Source: Schmidtea nova (lineage: Eukaryota). Taken from it: 64,000 bases of DNA. The notes below the pieces were generated by a model, which was not told the origin of the DNA, did no database searches, and was given only the letters and a program-made list of their open reading frames with translations. The stretch covers positions 151,652,001-151,716,000 of the forward strand of contig CM097883.1 in NCBI GenBank assembly GCA_044892505.1. Direction: 5' to 3'. A program made the translations under genes and the position numbers. Numbering within the stretch: the first letter of the stretch is position 1; every line of letters begins with the position of its first letter. Shown piece by piece: positions 58,712 through 64,000 of the stretch.

Positions 58712-61644
58712 TAGTGTTGGGAATACTGGGATCCCGGTATTTGGAACAATATATAGTTGCCGAAATACCGGTATTGAAAAAGTCGAATACCGGTATTTCG
58801 GTATTCGAAATAAGTTCACCATTCGAAATAATTTCACCAATATAATGTTTTTTATGGTTTTTTACTACAAAAAAATATTTGCATTATTATTTCTTAATGC
58901 GAAAAAACAGCAATCTAGTATTATATGAAAAGTTTAAAAGTTCAATTGTTTAAAAATATTCGTATTATTGTTTCTTAATGCGAAGAAACAGCAATCTAGT
59001 ATTATATGAAAAGTTTAAAAGTTCAATTGTTTAAAAATATTCGTATTATTGTTTCTTAATGCAAAGAAACAGCAATCTAGTATTATATGAAAAATTTAAA
59101 AGTTTAGTTGTTCTTATAAATCGAAACAAAATCTATATTATAGATTATTTTTACGTACTACTATAATAGTTAAATTAAAATATTATTATATAAAATTCGA
59201 AACGGTAAGTAAAATATTTTCTTTTTAATCAGAATATGAATTATACATTTTATTATCGTGTTTCGAACTTTTAGAAAATTTGTACTTTACACCGATATGA
59301 ATATTCAAGATTTTGAGGAGCATTCCAAAGCAAATGATAAAAATTCACCATGGTTTCATTTTCTAAGAGAAAAAGCAGGACAGTGTGCTAAATGCAAATG
59401 GTGTAAGAGAATAATAAAAACACATGGAGGTTCTACAAGCGGTCTTCATACCCATTTAAAAACAATTCATGAAATCAATTTATTGAAAAGAGATGTAGGT
59501 AGCACCACTGTTTTAGATTCTTCAGAATTTGTACAGAAATCAAAACCTTCTGTAACTATAAACAACTTTTTTAAAAGTGATAAAATGGATGACTCATTGC
59601 CAGCTATTTTAGCTAGGATGACTGCGTGTGATGGTTTATCGTTCAACATTATCTGCACTTCATATGATATCAGAAAAGGCTTAACAGCCAGAGGCTTTTC
59701 TAACATACCAAAAGATCACAAAACAATTCAAAAAATGGTTTTGAATTACAGTCGAAATATACGAGATCAAGTAATTAAAGAATTATCGTGCAGAATTGCT
59801 AATGGAAACAGATTTTCTCTTACTTTCGATGAATGGACATCGGTAAGAAATAGACGTTACATAAATATTAATGTCCACTCTGACAAAGAATTTTGGAATC
59901 TAGGATTGATTCGTGCTTTTGGAACAATTCCAGCAGAAAAATGTGTTGAGCTTGTGAATGATAGGTTAGGTGATTTCGAGCTTTCGATGAACAATATTGT
60001 AGGTATTACCACTGATGGCGCTGCAGTTATGACAAAGGTTGGCAGGTTAATTGAAGCACATCAGCAGCTATGTTTAGCGCATGGAATTCAGTTGGCTGTT
60101 ATCAGCGTACTCTACAAAAAACCTATTAATGAGGCTAGTCTGCATAATGAAGAAGATGCCAACGTTACATCTGTTCCCACACCCAGATTTGAAAGACAGC
60201 AGAATTCCACAGATGACGACGAATTAATTGATGAAGATTAGGGAAATGAAAATGGTTTACTTATTATATCCACTGAAAATGATGATGATAATTCTTCTTT
60301 TCTGGTACATCAGCAAATGTTACCATTAATTAAAAAAGTTCGTAAAGTGGTAAAAATATTTCGAACTTCGCCTACAAAAAATGACAAAATCCTACAAAAA
60401 TATATAAAAGAAGAGTTCGGGAAAGAATTGTCTCTGGTTTTAGACTCAAGAACACGATGGAATAGTTTAGTGTCTATGATAGAACGTTTCATCAAATTAA
60501 AAAATTGCATCAAAAAGAGTCTAATAGATTAAAAATCACCTATTTTGTTTTCAGATGGCGAGTTTGAAATGTCACATATCCTTTCAGTTTTACTTCCCAT
60601 TAAGCTTACAGTTGAAGCAATCTGCCGACAGGATGCAACTTGGTTATCTGCAGATGCTGCTATTCAATTTATGATGAAATCAATAACTGACCATCCATGT
60701 TCATTAGGTTATGAATTGAAAGCAGCTTTAAAAGTACGTATTCTTCAAAGACGAACAGAAATTTCAAGTGTTTTGCAATATTTACATGATGCAAACTGCA
60801 ATGAAAATCCAAGCGATGATGAATCCGATAAAGATTATGAATTATTTCCGATCATTACCAAAGCTGCAATCGCAAAAGTTATTGTTCTACAGATACAACG
60901 TTTGGGTATGCCCAACTTGCATTATGAAGCTGCACCTGTAGCTACAACATCTACTTCATCCAACGTTTCAAATTCAGATACAAATATATTATTCAATGTC
61001 GATGATGATGAAGATGATCAAAGAAATGAAATATCTCTGACTTTACAAGAAAAGTTGGAGAGGGCAATATCAAAAAAAATTTGCACCAGATTACCTGAAA
61101 GTGGAATCGACCAAAACAAAAATGATCTCACACGCTCAATAAAAAAAGAAATGTCATTTTTTGAGACAAATGGCATAAGAGGCAAATACTTAACTTTATT
61201 ATATAATTATTTGCTAAGTATTCAACCGACCAGTGTAGAATCGGAGAGAGCTTTTTCGGCAGCTGGCTTAATCTGCACCAGAATTCGGTCAAGGTTGAGA
61301 GATAATTCGCTCAACAATCTATGTTTTCTCAGGTCTTATATCAACAACCAACTACAGAAAAAGTAGAATCTTAAAATTTTATGTCTTCATCCTTTTCTTA
61401 TAAATAATATATATAACTAACATTTTACTGAATTTTGTTTTTACATTTATCTAATTTTTATTCTTTAAATAAATAAATTTAGTTTTTTTTAATTGCCAAA
61501 CAATTTTTTAATTAAATTTATTTATTCATTCGTATTATTATAGGAAAAATAATAATACCGGTATTAATACCGGGATCCCGGGATTACAAAAATCCAATAC
61601 CGAAATACCGGTATTGGATTTTTGGTCCGGTATTCCCAACTCTA
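58712..61644 (+). mobile_element. hAT transposon, copy 2 (same TSD CTACAAGC, same two stops)
   Basis: Identical TIRs, TSD and ORFs 59258-61366. Confidence 0.95.
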
Positions 61645-62884
61645 CTACAAGCTAACTTTGGCTGAAACAATAATAATAATAAAATAATAATAATATTAAT
61701 AATAATTTATGATTTTAATTTTATTATTATGGTAATAAATTTATGATTACTACAAGAATAAATTTATTTCACGGGGAAATTCATGGAAAATTTAAAGATT
61801 ATCCAATAAACAATTCTGCAAAAGTTAAATATTAAAAAATTAAATGAATCATTTTCATGGAAAATATTCACATGCAGAATATTGCAACTGTGCCTTGCGA
61901 TTTTCATATTATTTTTTTTATTTCTCGCTCTTAGGTGAATCGAGATTTATTGATTTTTTAACGTTAAACAAATCCCAGTTGCCGAGATATCCCGTTGACA
62001 TTTGCAGGCTCATAGACACGCACAGATGCTCACACAGATACACTCACAAACACATTACACTAGGTCATGAATTCAAGGGTATCATCAGTGATTATCGCAT
62101 TCACCGACTGCAATATAAAGAATTTCATCCATTCCTAATTGACATCTTGCCTTGAAAATCAGGTCAACTAGTAATCATCATACAACAACAAACCGACAGG
62201 GACGAGAAAAATATCGCGTTACTCGTCTCGATCTAATGATATTCTGTATATTTATTGCAAAATCTGTCGATATGTCTACCAGTTATTATCTGCCAATGTC
62301 TACCGGTGCGTGTGCATCGATCGAGCCAGCACACAACTCGATTTTTAAAAATTCAATTTCTGTTCAGGAAAAACAAACACTCTAGCGCCTATCTATTCTC
62401 AGTTTCCAAATCTCAGCAGCCATGGTTTGATTATTTTTTGTTGTTGTAGATATTTTGTTATAATTTCCCTTTTCCCAACCTACTCGACAGGCACCCAAAA
62501 CCAAAGAAAACACCACTCTCAAAGCTAAAGTCAAAAGCAAATCCCCTGTTTCAATTGACAATTCTGTGTTCACCTAAAATCCTCAGAAAACGCCCAATCA
62601 TTTCGATGCCGATGAAGATTTCGGTTCGAGCGATGAATAAGTAAAGGCAAGTTAAAAGATTCGATTATAATGGTAGTTTATGCTTTTGTTTTTGTATTCC
62701 GTTCATTTAATTGTAATTTTTTTCAGAGGTACCAGCAGAGGAGATTAAGATTGATAATAAAATTGAACATTTCTCACTATTATTTATATTTCTTACAGCA
62801 AAAGCCCTATGGCATTTGACTTTGGAGCAATTCGATGCTGCTATCATTTTCTTCGTAAGTTTTAGTCAAAATAATAGTAATATC

Positions 62885-62935
<51 letters not shown>

Positions 62936-62973
62936 CATAATAATAACAATAATGATAATGATGATGATAATAA

Positions 62974-63483
62974 TATTAGATGGGTCAATACGCCCATGCG
63001 GTGATTACAGACTCCTGAACTCAGTCACGAAAGTCGACAAATATCCTCTGCCCAGAATAAGCGATATCTTAGATCAATTCGGGGGAAGCAAAGTATTTTC
63101 AACGATCGATTTAGAAAAGCCATATCACCAAATCCCAATTGAAGCAAAGGACATCCCGAAAACCGCAATAATTACCCCTTTTGGATTATACGAATACCTC
63201 AAAATGCCCTTTGGACTGAGGAACACATCACAAACACATCACAGTTTTTTCTCTAGGAAGCTCAATAAAACTGAACAAAGATATTCAACATTTGACCGAG
63301 AACTATTAGCTGCCTATTTAGCTATCAAAAACTTCAAACATCACCTGGACGGCAGCACATTCGAATTACTAACCGATCACAAGCCATTGGTATATATAAA
63401 TACTATGAAAGATCCATCTAATAGACAATGGAGATGGATCCAGTTTTTAAACGAATTTGTGGTAAAAATAATTCACATTAAAG
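62974..63483 (+). pseudogene. Gypsy RT/RNase H fusion fragment, copy 2
   Basis: Identical translation to the 49498-50070 ORF. Confidence 0.88.
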
Positions 63484-64000
63484 CAGTGGTTTCCAACCCG
63501 GGAGGCGCCAAAACTTTTGAGTAAAAAAATGATTTTCATACTATAATATCTACAAATAGATAAAACTTCATGTGGTGGGAGTTTTATTTTGTCCAACGGG
63601 CATGTCGGAGAGTGTGGGATGAAGAAATGATTGGATTGTTGCAGATTGAATAATTATCATCTAGTCTTGTTGGAACATTCAGAGAAGCATTGGAATCTGA
63701 TCGCTTTGGAAACTATAAACTCTCTTATGATCTTTATAACAGTTGATTTCCAAAGAATCAATCGATGAAAATGACGAAAATACACTAATTAAGGAAACTG
63801 TGTAGATGGGCAGAATTGACGAAGTTTTTCAATGGCATGATTGACGAAACATTGATTTCAAAGAATCTTAAACTCAGAACTTTAATGTTTGATAAAGATA
63901 TTGATGAAAGAAAAAACTATTTCAGACTTAGACGAATTGTTGGAAAAATTTTAAATATCAATGTCTAATTATGAATTATTGAAATTAGTTTATTTTTTTC

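Larger units (their letters stand above)
58558..64000. repeat. Segmental duplication copy 2, runs off the window end
   Basis: Matches 45107-50546 almost base for base. Confidence 0.97.

Noticed and set aside
45261-61644. Independent transposition of the two hAT copies
   Set aside because: Identical TSDs and identical flanks show passive segmental copying.

Overview
Very AT-rich eukaryotic genomic DNA, most likely from an invertebrate animal: GT-AG introns as short as 45-50 bp, animal-like PP1/RRM1/CBWD/AMD1 sequences, and two N-gaps. No prokaryotic, rRNA, tRNA or CRISPR features were seen. The only clearly intact host gene is a 3-exon protein phosphatase 1 catalytic subunit (minus strand, 25102-17601). 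The rest is nested mobile DNA. (1) The terminal 4.2 kb of a Polinton/Maverick: intron-containing integrase, pX-like and basic small ORFs, packaging ATPase, a two-repeat TBP-fold gene and a spliced Cys-rich gene. It appears inserted in a hAT, which in turn abuts a Ty3/Gypsy pol. (2) A second Polinton remnant carrying the capsid module. (3) A 1.7 kb non-autonomous Polinton-type element with AGTAGT ends and a 6-bp TSD. (4) Several hAT, piggyBac and Mutator elements/MITEs with exact TSDs. (5) Two related ~1 kb Gypsy LTRs. (6) A near-intact NeSL-like (RLE-type) non-LTR retrotransposon: its 878-aa ORF1 and 1532-aa ORF2 are in one frame separated by a single TGA, and it carries one active-looking plus two apparently degenerate Ulp1-type protease domains. 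Two near-identical copies of a >=5.4 kb segment lie 13.45 kb apart. Host-gene remnants include an in-frame CBWD-RRM1 chimera, a truncated AMD1, and an RRM2-like pseudoenzyme ORF nested in PP1 intron 2. Best candidates for novelty: the TBP-fold gene inside the Polinton, the TGA-split multi-Ulp1 retroelement, and the nested RRM2 pseudoenzyme. All family assignments come from motif recognition by eye; no database searches were run.
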